Translations under genes and position numbers: made by a program | Shown here: piece after piece, positions 1 to 8,896 of the stretch | Layout of the letters: each line of letters begins with the position of its first letter | Numbering within the stretch: position 1 is the first letter of the stretch | From: Nostoc punctiforme PCC 73102 | GTDB taxonomy: Bacteria > Cyanobacteriota > Cyanobacteriia > Cyanobacteriales > Nostocaceae | Length of the DNA stretch: 32,000 bases | Direction: 5' to 3' | NCBI RefSeq assembly: GCF_000020025.1 | Contig: NC_010628.1 | Location: forward strand, 4,530,001-4,562,000 | Notes under the pieces: generated by a model | The model's database searches: none | Seen by the model: the letters and a program-made list of their open reading frames with translations, nothing else | Told to the model about the DNA's origin: nothing

Positions 1-1116
1 ATTCACGCTGAGACGTTGGGAAATCAATATGCGCTGATTGTTTTTGATGAATGCCATCATTTACCGACAGATTTTAATCGGGTTATCGCTGAATATGCGA
101 TCGCACCTTATCGTCTGGGACTCTCTGCTACACCCGAACGTACTGATGGTAAACACGCTGATTTAAATATTCTCATTGGAGAAGAAGTATATCGCAAACG
201 GGCCGAGGATTTGGCGGGGAAGGCGTTAGCAGAACATGAAATTGTCCAAATTAAGGTAAAGTTATCGCAACTTGAACGGGAAAGATACAACCAGTTAATT
301 CAAACCCGCAACGACTTTTTGAAGCAATCGAAGATTTCTTTAGGAAGTCTGCAAGGTTGGCAAATGTTTGTGCAGATGAGTGCTAGATCGCAATCTGGAC
401 GTAGGGCGATGTTAGCGCACCGGGAAGCAAAAGATATTGCTTTGGGGACTGATGGGAAGTTGCGAATTCTGATTAATTTATTGGCAGAACATTATCCGGC
501 AAGAATTTTAATTTTTACTGCTGATAATGCAACGGTTTACCGCATTTCTCAAGAGTTGCTAATTCCGGCTATTACTCATCAAACTCCTGTGAAGGAACGG
601 CATGAGATACTAACTAAGTTTCGGGAGGGTAAATATAATACTTTGGTTGCTTCTCATGTGTTGAATGAAGGCGTTGATGTACCTGCGGCAACTGTTGCGA
701 TTATTTTATCGGGGACGGGTTCGGCTAGGGAGTATACTCAGCGCTTGGGAAGGATTTTACGGAAGGGGAATATTGAGAATAAGCAGGCGATTTTGTATGA
801 GGTTGTGGCGGAGGATACAAGTGAGGAGGGGACTTCGGCTAGGCGGAGAGGGGAGAGGAATAACGAACCGCAGAGGCGCGGAGGGCGCAGAGAGGAAGAG
901 GAGAAAAAGGGGAAGTTACAGGTTGTGTATGGGAGTGAGAAGGAAAGGAGTTTGAAGGCTGCGGAACAGTTAGAAATTAATTATTCAGTCCAAAATCCAA
1001 AACTTGTACTGAGCGAAGTCGAAGTATCTAAAATCCAGAATTCAGATGTTACCGACAGACTTACTGATGCATCGCCAAAACGGAGAGGAGATCATTCCGA
1101 AGAGACTGAAGATTGA
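1..1116 (+). CDS. SF2 helicase, XPB/Ssl2-like (COG1061, 'type III restriction res subunit' family); 5' end lies outside the window
   Basis: Frame 1 is open from nt 1, so the TTG at 16 is a track artefact. Motif II DECHH, motif III LGLSATPER, a second RecA-like domain (LIFTADNATV...TKFREGKYNTLVASHVLNEGVDVP) and motif VI QRLGRILR are present. The R/E-rich C-terminal tail from about nt 830 is built from dispersed-repeat sequence. Confidence 0.8.
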   Translation: MHAETLGNQYALIVFDECHHLPTDFNRVIAEYAIAPYRLGLSATPERTDGKHADLNILIGEEVYRKRAEDLAGKALAEHEIVQIKVKLSQLERERYNQLIQTRNDFLKQSKISLGSLQGWQMFVQMSARSQSGRRAMLAHREAKDIALGTDGKLRILINLLAEHYPARILIFTADNATVYRISQELLIPAITHQTPVKERHEILTKFREGKYNTLVASHVLNEGVDVPAATVAIILSGTGSAREYTQRLGRILRKGNIENKQAILYEVVAEDTSEEGTSARRRGERNNEPQRRGGRREEEEKKGKLQVVYGSEKERSLKAAEQLEINYSVQNPKLVLSEVEVSKIQNSDVTDRLTDASPKRRGDHSEETED

Positions 1117-2260
1117 TCGGGGAACTTCGGATTTGGCGATTGAGTTAATTAATTATTTTCAATCAGCAGTGGGGAAGACTCAGGGTGTACTTGAGCGACA
1201 ACTGACTGATTTTGAGGGAGATTCTACAGATTATCGGGTGAAGCGAGGGTTAGCTTATATTCTCAAAAGCAGTTTTTGCACTTTTGAGGTGGTTAGTCCT
1301 TTGGAACCACAAATGTTAAGAGAACGGGTGTTTTCGTTGGCGGCAAAATCGGTTTCTAGTCGAGAATCGACACAAATTACTTTGAGTAAAATTGCTGATG
1401 AGTTAACTCAAGAACTTGAGCGGGAAGTATTATTAGAACAGGTTCGTAATGGACTATACGCTGATTTATCTGAAAATAAAATTTTGACAGTGTTTGATGC
1501 ACCAACAGCGCCAGATTTGTTAAATAGATATAACTTATCTCAAGTGCAGGGTGTGTTTTATAAAGCCAGTCAACTGGTGTTAAATGCTCATCGTAATGTT
1601 CCGGGTGAATATAAGCTGTTATTTCGCTATCTGAAGTTGTTTCAATTGATGGCTTATATTGAGGGCGATGCTGACCACGGGTTTACTATTACCATTGACG
1701 GGCCGACGAGTTTGTTTAATCCTAGTACACGATATGGGTTAGCGATCGCTAAACTTATTCCGGCTTTACTTCACGTTACTAAATGGAGTCTTTCTTCGAT
1801 TCTCCAAACCCGCGACGCTTATACAAATGCTTGGAAAACTGGACGTTTCACCCTCAATTCTGAATGTGGTTTAGTATCCCACTATCCACCAGGGAAACCC
1901 TACGATAGTATGCTAGAAGCATCCTTTGCTGATAAGTGGGATGCTTTGAAAAGCGGCTGGGCATTAGAGCGAGAAGTTGATTTGATCCCAATCCCCGGTA
2001 GTGTGATGATTCCCGATTTTCGCTTAGTGCATTCTGATGGACGCACTTTCTTATTAGAAATTGTTGGTTATTGGCGACCAGAATATTTACAAAAAAAGTT
2101 TTCTCAGGTGCGGCGGGCTGGACGTGATGACTTAATTTTGGCAATTTCTGAAAGACTTAATTTAGAAAAGGCGGGAGTAAAATTAAATGATGTCCCCGCC
2201 AGAATTGTTTGGTTTAAAGATAAGTTATTGCCGAAAGCTGTCTTAGCTGTAATGGATTGA
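1046..2260 (+). CDS. DUF790 / Bax1-like endonuclease (partner of XPB helicases)
   Basis: ATG start with the N-terminus MLPTDLLMHRQNGEEIIPKRL typical of DUF790 as I recall it. The C-terminal block IPDFRLVHSDGRTFLLEIVGYWRPEYLQKK resembles a PD-(D/E)xK nuclease core. It lies immediately downstream of the XPB-like helicase on the same strand. Confidence 0.7.
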   Translation: MLPTDLLMHRQNGEEIIPKRLKIDRGTSDLAIELINYFQSAVGKTQGVLERQLTDFEGDSTDYRVKRGLAYILKSSFCTFEVVSPLEPQMLRERVFSLAAKSVSSRESTQITLSKIADELTQELEREVLLEQVRNGLYADLSENKILTVFDAPTAPDLLNRYNLSQVQGVFYKASQLVLNAHRNVPGEYKLLFRYLKLFQLMAYIEGDADHGFTITIDGPTSLFNPSTRYGLAIAKLIPALLHVTKWSLSSILQTRDAYTNAWKTGRFTLNSECGLVSHYPPGKPYDSMLEASFADKWDALKSGWALEREVDLIPIPGSVMIPDFRLVHSDGRTFLLEIVGYWRPEYLQKKFSQVRRAGRDDLILAISERLNLEKAGVKLNDVPARIVWFKDKLLPKAVLAVMD

Positions 2261-2341
2261 TTATGGGAGTGGGAACTGGGTTACTTGGTATTGGATATTT
2301 CATATTTGGAAAAGTCTTCCCTAATTCCCAGTCCCTAGTCC

Positions 2342-3673
2342 CTACTTAGAACGGCGCGATGCAGACGAACGAGCCCCAGGCTTCTCGCCATTAGTCGCGG
2401 GTGGTGCTGCTTTACGTTTAGCCGATGTCCGTGGTAACGGTTTAGGAGTCCGAGGCGATCGCTTTTCACCTCCAGATTTGGGTCTGTGTTGCCGTCCATT
2501 AGGGATTGGTTCGGCCGTTGTATCGGGGTTAGGGCCAAAGCCAGCAACTACTTCCCTTGGCAAACGCTGCTCAATCAGTTTTTCGATATCTGTCAATAAA
2601 CTGTATTCATCGACGCACACCAGCGATACGGCTTCACCTGACGCACCAGCACGACCAGTTCGCCCAATGCGATGAACATAATCTTCCGGTACATTAGGTA
2701 AATCGAAGTTGACTACATGGGGTAGTTCGCTGATGTCAAGACCTCTAGCAGCAATGTCTGTCGCCACCAATACCTGTAAGCTACCATTCTTGAACTTTGC
2801 CAGAGCATTGGTACGCACCGGCTGACTCTTATTCCCGTGGATTGCAAGTGCTTGAATGCGGTCTTCACCCAACTGCTTGACTAAACGGTCAGCGCCATAC
2901 TTAGTACGAGTAAACACTAGCACTTGATACCAATTATCGCGCCGAATCAGGTGAGCAAGTAATTGGCGTTTCTTGTCACGGTCTACTTGGTAAATTTTTT
3001 GGGCGATCGTCTCGGCGGTGACGTTGCGGCGTGCTACCTCAATCATCTTCGGGTTATTGAGTAGTCCGGCGGCTAGCGCTTTAATTTTGTCTGAAAAAGT
3101 AGCGAAGAATAGCAAATTTTGTCGCTGTTTGGGCAAAATTGCAAGGATGCGGCGGATATCATGGATAAAGCCCATGTCCAGCATCCGATCTGCTTCATCT
3201 AGAACTAAAACCTCAATATGTGACAGGTTCAGCGTGCCCTGCTGTACGTGATCCAGCAATCGCCCTGGAGTAGCAACCAAGATATCCACTCGGTTCTTCA
3301 AACGCTGTTTTTGCAGATTAATACCGACTCCCCCAAACATCACCATTGAGTTGAGCTGCAAGTATTTGCCGTACTCGCGCACGCTTTCTTCCACTTGGGC
3401 TGCGAGTTCACGAGTCGGGGTGAGAATCAGTGCCCGGATCGGGCGGTATCCATTAGATGTAACTTTGACGTTCTTCTCGGACGATAACCGATGTAGAAGC
3501 GGTAAGGTAAAACTAGCGGTTTTTCCAGTGCCAGTTTGTGCCCCAGCTAGTAAATCGCTACCCGATAAGACGGCAGGAATCGCCTGTCTCTGAATTGGCG
3601 TAGGTTCGGTGTAGCCTCGCTCTGTAACCGCACGGATAATTTCATTGGACAAGCCGAGAGTAGAAAAATTCAT
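2342..3673 (-). CDS. crhC: DEAD-box RNA helicase, CrhC-like (FAT-box variant)
   Basis: Q motif (GYTEPTPIQ), motif [19 protein letters not shown] (VLDEAD), motif III FAT instead of SAT (3098-3106), [10 protein letters not shown], and a basic C-terminal tail. I take the ATG at 3673 (MNFSTLGLS...) as the start; the 43 upstream codons in the track ORF resemble no helicase sequence. Confidence 0.9.
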   Translation of the reverse strand: MNFSTLGLSNEIIRAVTERGYTEPTPIQRQAIPAVLSGSDLLAGAQTGTGKTASFTLPLLHRLSSEKNVKVTSNGYRPIRALILTPTRELAAQVEESVREYGKYLQLNSMVMFGGVGINLQKQRLKNRVDILVATPGRLLDHVQQGTLNLSHIEVLVLDEADRMLDMGFIHDIRRILAILPKQRQNLLFFATFSDKIKALAAGLLNNPKMIEVARRNVTAETIAQKIYQVDRDKKRQLLAHLIRRDNWYQVLVFTRTKYGADRLVKQLGEDRIQALAIHGNKSQPVRTNALAKFKNGSLQVLVATDIAARGLDISELPHVVNFDLPNVPEDYVHRIGRTGRAGASGEAVSLVCVDEYSLLTDIEKLIEQRLPREVVAGFGPNPDTTAEPIPNGRQHRPKSGGEKRSPRTPKPLPRTSAKRKAAPPATNGEKPGARSSASRRSK

Positions 3674-3910
3674 AAAACTCCAAAAGTAACATCGGCCTGT
3701 CGCCAATGGCGGCGTCAGTCTTAGGCGGACGGATAAAAAAGTCTTGAAAGGCTGGATGGGCAGTAACGCAAAGACTGAAGAGCGAGTGCCGCAGTCCCAC
3801 ATTCTAACAGATTGTAGTTCATTGTGTGGTTAAAGTTGCTCTGATTCAGTGTTGTGTTAAATTAGCATTACTTGGAATGTAAAGTATTGAACAATTAGGA
3901 GAAATTCGTT

Positions 3911-4399
3911 ATCGCAATCCAAAAGCAACTGATTAATTCACAAATCAAGTCACCTCATGTCTTCTTGATTGACCATGAGAATAACAATCGTGGTCTGATC
4001 GACACCAATGAGGCGCTACAGTTGGCCGAGAGCTTAGAGCTTGACTTGGTTGTAGTCTCTCAAGGTAAAGAGGCCCCAATTGCCAAAATCCTGAATTATG
4101 GTAAGCTTCAGTATCAAAAGAAAAAACGTCAGAGCCAGAGTGCTAGACCTACGGTAAAAGAAGTTCGTTTCGGTTTAAACGTGGGTGTGGCTGATTACAA
4201 TTTACGTATTGAAAAAGCAGTTGGTTGGTTGAGTAAAGGCGATTCAGTGAAGTTTGCCATTCGTTTACGAGGCCGAGAACATCAATATCGTGACCAAGCG
4301 GGAGAACTGCTAGACAGAATTGCAAAAGACCTCAGTCAAGTAGGTAAAATCCAGTCACTGGATAAACGCTCATTAATTGTTCAAGTCATTCCTGCCTAG
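3911..4399 (+). CDS. infC: Translation initiation factor IF-3-like protein (divergent), probable non-canonical ATC start
   Basis: There is IF3-like N-domain sequence (INSQIKSPHVFLID..GLIDTNEALQLAESLELDLVVV...ILNYGKLQYQKKK) and C-domain sequence (VKEVRF...KGDSVKFAIRLRGRE). The homologous N-terminal strand lies upstream of the track's TTG at 3965. The frame is open from 3899 with no ATG/GTG/TTG before 3965. An AGGAG at 3897-3901 sits 9 nt before the ATC at 3911. The stop position is firm; the start is inferred. Confidence 0.75.
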   Translation: MAIQKQLINSQIKSPHVFLIDHENNNRGLIDTNEALQLAESLELDLVVVSQGKEAPIAKILNYGKLQYQKKKRQSQSARPTVKEVRFGLNVGVADYNLRIEKAVGWLSKGDSVKFAIRLRGREHQYRDQAGELLDRIAKDLSQVGKIQSLDKRSLIVQVIPA

Positions 4400-4446
4400 T
4401 TAATCTTGCGATCGCTGGAGGATGTATTTGTGCCAGCTTTTGAAAC

Positions 4447-4499
4447 TCCCACGGACATGAAAACATTGCTATTGCTCGTTTTCAGATCAAGCCGTGGGA
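4447..4499 (+). terminator. Possible two-tier hairpin downstream of the IF3-like gene
   Basis: TCCCACGG (4447-4454) pairs with CCGTGGGA (4492-4499). An inner pairing gaaaac/gttttc is present, and TTTTAG follows. The loop is long, so the terminator call is weak. Confidence 0.3.
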
Positions 4500-4579
4500 T
4501 TTTAGCTCCAAGCTAAGAAACCAAAAAAGCCAGAGCATAGGCAACAGCACTCCATCAGCTAACAATGGGACATAGCCAA

Positions 4580-5194
4580 TCAATCGGCGCATTTAGTGAT
4601 TAGGTGTGTTAACGCATCAATCAAGCGATCGCTTTCCATTGGCACAATGTCCTGTCCATGCATCACATTTTGAGTAATATGAAAATGCACTAATGTTCCT
4701 AAGAGGATTCTCGCTGTTGCTTCTGGATCGGGTATCTTTAGTTCCGGAGCCTCCAAGTACTGAGTAAGAGTTTCCACTACTGGCTTAATCATCACCCGAA
4801 CACAAATTTGAGCTAACTCAGGAAAACGCCCAGATTCCCCTATTAGTACTCGCATAAATGCACTATGTTCTTGGTCATTAATCATCTGCTCTAATGCTTT
4901 GGTTACTATTTGGCGCAGTATGGCGGCTGGTTCTCCCTCAATAGGTTCTGTGCCAAAAATGGAGCTGTTCTTTTTGCTTGTCAGTTGCTCTAACAGTACT
5001 TTAAAAAGTCCTTCTTTATCTTGAAAGTGGCTGTAGACTGTCGCTTTAGAAACACCTGCTGCTACCGCTACCCGATCCATGCTTGTTCCAGCATAGCCAT
5101 TTTGAAGGAACTCTTGCATTGCTCCTTGCAGAATTTGCTCCACTTTATCAACGGAATTGTCTCGATCCACTTCGCCAGTTTTGATGCGTACCAT
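4580..5194 (-). CDS. TetR/AcrR family transcriptional regulator
   Basis: N-terminal HTH signature (GYAGTSMDRVAVAAGVSKATVYSHFQDKEGLF). The gene is divergent from an exporter operon. Confidence 0.9.
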   Translation of the reverse strand: MVRIKTGEVDRDNSVDKVEQILQGAMQEFLQNGYAGTSMDRVAVAAGVSKATVYSHFQDKEGLFKVLLEQLTSKKNSSIFGTEPIEGEPAAILRQIVTKALEQMINDQEHSAFMRVLIGESGRFPELAQICVRVMIKPVVETLTQYLEAPELKIPDPEATARILLGTLVHFHITQNVMHGQDIVPMESDRLIDALTHLITKCAD

Positions 5195-5393
5195 TTATTA
5201 ATCATCCTTTCTTATAAACAATATTAATAGATGCTGCAAAATGCCCCAGTACAAAATGGCGAAAATAAATATACCCTTTCATAAAGCCCAAAAGCCTTTA
5301 TTATCAGCTTTCCTCGCTTCTACTTTCTTCTAGTAGACAATCAATCCCAATAGGGAATAGCATTCCCCTGCATAATGCCTTTTTGATTGACAA

Positions 5394-5461
5394 GTTTAGT
5401 TATATCATCTTGACTAAACTAGTCCGTTTAGTTTAGCATAAATTGAACTGAACAGTTTAGT
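5394..5461. promoter_or_regulatory. Cluster of 8-bp AGTTTAGT boxes (candidate TetR operator array) upstream of the devB-like gene
   Basis: AGTTTAGT occurs at 5394-5401 and 5454-5461, its complement ACTAAACT at 5413-5420, and the variants cGTTTAGT at 5425-5432 and AGTTTAGc at 5430-5437. ACTAAAC-N6-GTTTAGT forms an inverted repeat (5413-5432). There is also a palindrome AACTG-AA-CAGTT at 5446-5457, and TTGACA at 5387-5392. Confidence 0.5.
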
Positions 5462-5494
5462 ACAAGTTGCTACTGGTGGTAAGGGGAAAATAGT

Positions 5495-6802
5495 ATGGAG
5501 CAAAACAGGAATTCAGAGGGTCTAAGGTCTTCTCAGAATCTTGTGCGATCGCCTGTTCTACTTGCAATAATTACATCTCTAGCAATAGGCGGAATCAGCG
5601 TTTATGCTGTGATGAAGCTTCAGGCTACAGCTAATGAGAAGCAAAAGACATCAGTAGCGATTCAGCCTGTGGTAAAAACAGTCACAGCATTAGGGCGGCT
5701 AGAACCAAAGGGAGAAGTAATAAAACTATCAGCGCCTTCTTCTAATGAAGGAAATCGGGTAGAGCAACTATTGGTGAAAGAAGGCGATGCCATCAAAGCT
5801 GGGCAGGTAGTTGCGATTATGGACAACCGCGATCGCCTCCAAGCGACTTTGGGTGAAGCAGAAAAACAAGTTAAAGTTGCTAAATCCCGCCTTAACCAGG
5901 TAAAAGCTGGAGCCAAACAGGGAGAAATTGGAGCGCGTCAAGCTACCGTGAATCGTCTGCAAGTAGAATTAGAAGGAGACATTAAAACTCAGCAAGCCAC
6001 AATTAACCGTATAGAAGCAGAACTCCTTGGGCAACAACGGAGCTTGCAAGCAACAGTGGCTCGCGTAGCAGCCGAGAGACGTAATGCCCAAGCTGAGGTA
6101 CAGCGCTACGAGACTTTATATAAAGCAGGAGCAATTTCTAGCCAGGAAGTTGATAGCAGACGTTTAAGTGCAGAAACTTCCACTCAAGCGTTAATTGAAA
6201 GCCAAGCCACTCAGACAAGAACTGTGGCTACCCTACAACAGCAACTTAACGAAGCAAAAGCTAACCAGGATAAAACCCTCGCCAGCTTACAACAGCAGAT
6301 TAACGAAGCAAAAGCTAACCTGAATCAAACTGCTGAAGTCCGTCCCACAGATATAGCAAATGCACAGGCAGAGATAGAGAGCGCTCAAGCCACCGTGGAG
6401 AAAATTAAAGCAGAACTGGCGCAAGCATACATTGTGGCTCCTAAAGCCGGTCGAATTTTGGAGATTAATACACGAGCCGGAGAAACTGTTGGCGATGAAG
6501 GAATTGTGGCTCTAGGCCAAACCGACCAGATGTATGCAGTGGTAGAAGTCTACCAAAGTGATATCAAGAGAGTGCGTCCGGGACAGGATGTGCGGGTCAG
6601 CAGTGATTCCCTACGCAATGAATTAGAGGGAAGAGTAGATTGGATTGGTATGCAGGTAAAGCGGCAAAATCTGATCAACGCCGATCCCTCTAGCAATATT
6701 GATGCCAGAGTAGTGGAAGTTCATGTGCAACTGAATAAACTATCTAGCCAAAACGCTTCTAGCTTAACTAATTTGCAAGTCAAGGCGGTAATTGAACTGT
6801 GA
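5495..6802 (+). CDS. devB: ABC exporter membrane fusion protein, DevB/HlyD family
   Basis: N-terminal TM helix, lipoyl-like hairpin motifs and a long Q/A-rich coiled coil, then a beta-barrel C-terminus. It is followed by DevC- and DevA-like genes, and its stop overlaps the next gene's start (GTGA at 6799-6802). Probably one of several devBCA paralogues. Confidence 0.85.
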   Translation: MEQNRNSEGLRSSQNLVRSPVLLAIITSLAIGGISVYAVMKLQATANEKQKTSVAIQPVVKTVTALGRLEPKGEVIKLSAPSSNEGNRVEQLLVKEGDAIKAGQVVAIMDNRDRLQATLGEAEKQVKVAKSRLNQVKAGAKQGEIGARQATVNRLQVELEGDIKTQQATINRIEAELLGQQRSLQATVARVAAERRNAQAEVQRYETLYKAGAISSQEVDSRRLSAETSTQALIESQATQTRTVATLQQQLNEAKANQDKTLASLQQQINEAKANLNQTAEVRPTDIANAQAEIESAQATVEKIKAELAQAYIVAPKAGRILEINTRAGETVGDEGIVALGQTDQMYAVVEVYQSDIKRVRPGQDVRVSSDSLRNELEGRVDWIGMQVKRQNLINADPSSNIDARVVEVHVQLNKLSSQNASSLTNLQVKAVIEL

Positions 6803-7974
6803 TTGGATTTATCCAGCAACTGCGGCGGCGAACACCTTTAGGATGGTTGCAACTGAGTCACGAAAAAGGTCGTCTGTTGGTGGCATTGTCAGGCATTGCC
6901 TTTGCTGATGTTCTGATGTTCATGCAGCTAGGGTTTCAGACTGCCTTGTTTGAAAGTAATACAATCTTGCATCGGAGTATGCAGGCTGATATGTTTGTCA
7001 TCAGCCCCCAAGCACGTAACCTAGCAAATATGTCTAACTTTACGCGGCGGCGGCTGTATCAAGCAATGGATGTACCAGGTGTAAAGTCGGCAGAAGGAAT
7101 GTACGTCAACATTGTTGATTGGAAAAATCCCCAAACACAACAGAAGACGACAATATTAGTTATGGGGTTCAATCCCGATCGGCAAGTGTTTAACTTAGCG
7201 GATGTGAATCGCCAGGTAGATGCTGTTAAGCTACCAGATACCGTTCTCTTCGATCGCGCCTCTAGAGGAGATTACAATGAAGCGATCGCCAAAATTGAAC
7301 AAGGTAAAACTGTCACAACCGAAATAGAACGGCGGACAATTACCATTAGCGGCTTATTTACAGTCGGGGCTTCCTTCATAGCAGATGGTACTTTAATCAC
7401 CAGCGACCAAAACTTTCTGCGACTATTTCCCAGACGAGAAGCCAGCAGCGTTAGTCTTGGTTTGGTGCAGCTGCAACCAGGCTACGATCCAAAAGAGATG
7501 AAAGCAGCTTTAGAATCTCATTTAGATGATGATGTCAAAGTTTTAACTCAAGCAGAATTTATCGAATTTGAAATAAATTACTGGAAAACAAATACTGCAA
7601 TCGGATTTATCTTCAGCCTCGGTGTAGCAATGGGGTTTATGGTAGGCGTGATTATTGTCTATCAAGTTCTTTCTACAGATGTAAATTCCCATATTAAAGA
7701 ATACGCCACTTTTAAAGCGATGGGGTATAACAATCTCTACTTATTAGGTGTGGTGCTTGAAGAGGCGATAATTTTGGCAGTCTTGGGCTTTATCCCAGGA
7801 GCGATCGCACCTTTAGGACTTTATCATTTAACACGTAATGCGACTAATTTGCCACTTTACATGACCGTAGCACGGGCTTTGACGGTATTAACCCTGACTA
7901 TGATTATGTGTGTAATTTCTGGTGCGATCGCCACCCGTAAATTACAGTCAGCCGATCCCGCAGATATGTTTTAA
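6799..7974 (+). CDS. devC: ABC exporter permease, DevC/FtsX-like family
   Basis: N-terminus PLGWLQLSHEKGRLLVALSGIAFADVLMFMQLGF, a large periplasmic loop and three C-terminal TM helices (FtsX/MacB topology). The start is translationally coupled to the upstream gene. Confidence 0.85.
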   Translation: MIGFIQQLRRRTPLGWLQLSHEKGRLLVALSGIAFADVLMFMQLGFQTALFESNTILHRSMQADMFVISPQARNLANMSNFTRRRLYQAMDVPGVKSAEGMYVNIVDWKNPQTQQKTTILVMGFNPDRQVFNLADVNRQVDAVKLPDTVLFDRASRGDYNEAIAKIEQGKTVTTEIERRTITISGLFTVGASFIADGTLITSDQNFLRLFPRREASSVSLGLVQLQPGYDPKEMKAALESHLDDDVKVLTQAEFIEFEINYWKTNTAIGFIFSLGVAMGFMVGVIIVYQVLSTDVNSHIKEYATFKAMGYNNLYLLGVVLEEAIILAVLGFIPGAIAPLGLYHLTRNATNLPLYMTVARALTVLTLTMIMCVISGAIATRKLQSADPADMF

Positions 7975-7983
7975 TTTGTCATT

Positions 7984-8015
7984 TGTCATTTATCCTTTGC
8001 AAAGGACAAATGACA
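7984..8015. repeat. STRR-derived palindrome between the devC-like and devA-like genes
   Basis: TGTCATTTATCCTTTG (7984-7999) faces CAAAGGACAAATGACA (8000-8015). The arms are 16 bp with one mismatch and are built from TTTGTCA heptamers. Confidence 0.7.
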
Positions 8016-8040
8016 AGCATCACGAGTAATCAAGCTATTT

Positions 8041-8745
8041 ATGAGTAGTCAACCTGTCATCTCTGTTAAAAATCTCGATCACTATTTCGGTCATGGTCAG
8101 CTTCGCAAACAAGTTCTCTTTGATATCAACCTGGATATTAACGCTGGCGAAATTATTATTATGACTGGGCCTTCTGGTTCTGGTAAAACTACACTTCTTA
8201 CCTTAGCCGGCGGCTTGCGTTCTGCCCAATCTGGCAGTTTGCAGATATTGGAACAAGAACTATGTGGCGCTAAGACAGCACAACTTACCCAGGTGCGACG
8301 CAATAACGGTTATATTTTCCAAGCGCACAACTTGCACGGTAGCCTGACAGTACTCCAGAACGTCAGAATGGGCTTAGAAGTGCATAATAATATTTCACCC
8401 GCAGAAATGAAAGCTCGATCAGCCCAAATGTTAGAGGAGGTAGGATTAGGGCATCGCTTGAATTACTATCCTGATGATTTATCTGGGGGACAAAAACAAA
8501 GAGTTGCGATCGCTCGTGCGTTAGTAGGTCGTCCTAAAATTGTCTTAGCAGATGAACCCACCGCCGCCCTTGACAGTAAATCGGGACGAGATGTGGTCAA
8601 CCTCATGCAAAAACTAGCTAAAGAACAGTATTGTACCATTCTCTTGGTGACTCATGACAACCGCATTCTAGATATTGCCGATCGCATTGTCTATATGGAA
8701 GATGGCAAATTAGTAAATGACCGGGCTGTTGTTGAAGCCAGTTAG
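8041..8745 (+). CDS. devA: ABC transporter ATP-binding protein, DevA family
   Basis: Walker A GPSGSGKTT, signature LSGGQKQR, Walker B ILLADEPT-like (VLADEPTAALD) and an H-loop (VTHD). Confidence 0.9.
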   Translation: MSSQPVISVKNLDHYFGHGQLRKQVLFDINLDINAGEIIIMTGPSGSGKTTLLTLAGGLRSAQSGSLQILEQELCGAKTAQLTQVRRNNGYIFQAHNLHGSLTVLQNVRMGLEVHNNISPAEMKARSAQMLEEVGLGHRLNYYPDDLSGGQKQRVAIARALVGRPKIVLADEPTAALDSKSGRDVVNLMQKLAKEQYCTILLVTHDNRILDIADRIVYMEDGKLVNDRAVVEAS

Positions 8746-8896
8746 TTAGGCTGGTTGTTTTTTATGAAGCGTAAGTGTCCTGCGACTACGCAGATAAAGC
8801 GGTAATGTTATAGTACTATAGGAAATAGGATAAAATTTACCTCAATTTACGGCGTTTGAATATAAGATAGATACTCAAATGTGTAAATAAATATCT

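Noticed and set aside
665-955. Internal out-of-frame ORFs inside well-supported genes. Other examples: 108-290, 1854-2144, 2478-2675, 3018-3251, 3351-3593, 5662-5962, 8097-8303, 10710-10927, 13860-14075, 14307-14522, 16024-16804, 17975-18475, 19332-19557, 21588-21791, 23495-23809, 24871-25241, 25609-26487, 27536-27956, 28477-28704, 29670-30019 and 30364-30690.
   Set aside because: All overlap longer ORFs with clear family motifs, and their translations are low-complexity or compositionally skewed. I treat them as frame shadows.
1046-1116. Programmed frameshift fusing the XPB-like helicase and the DUF790 nuclease
   Set aside because: DUF790 has its own ATG and a family-typical N-terminus (MLPTDLL). 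The overlap is better explained by a repeat-derived extension of the helicase ORF.
3674-3802. N-terminal 43-codon extension of the DEAD-box helicase ORF
   Set aside because: The extension ([14 protein letters not shown]...) has no helicase homology. The Q-motif region follows directly after the ATG at 3673. The extension is probably structured 5' leader.
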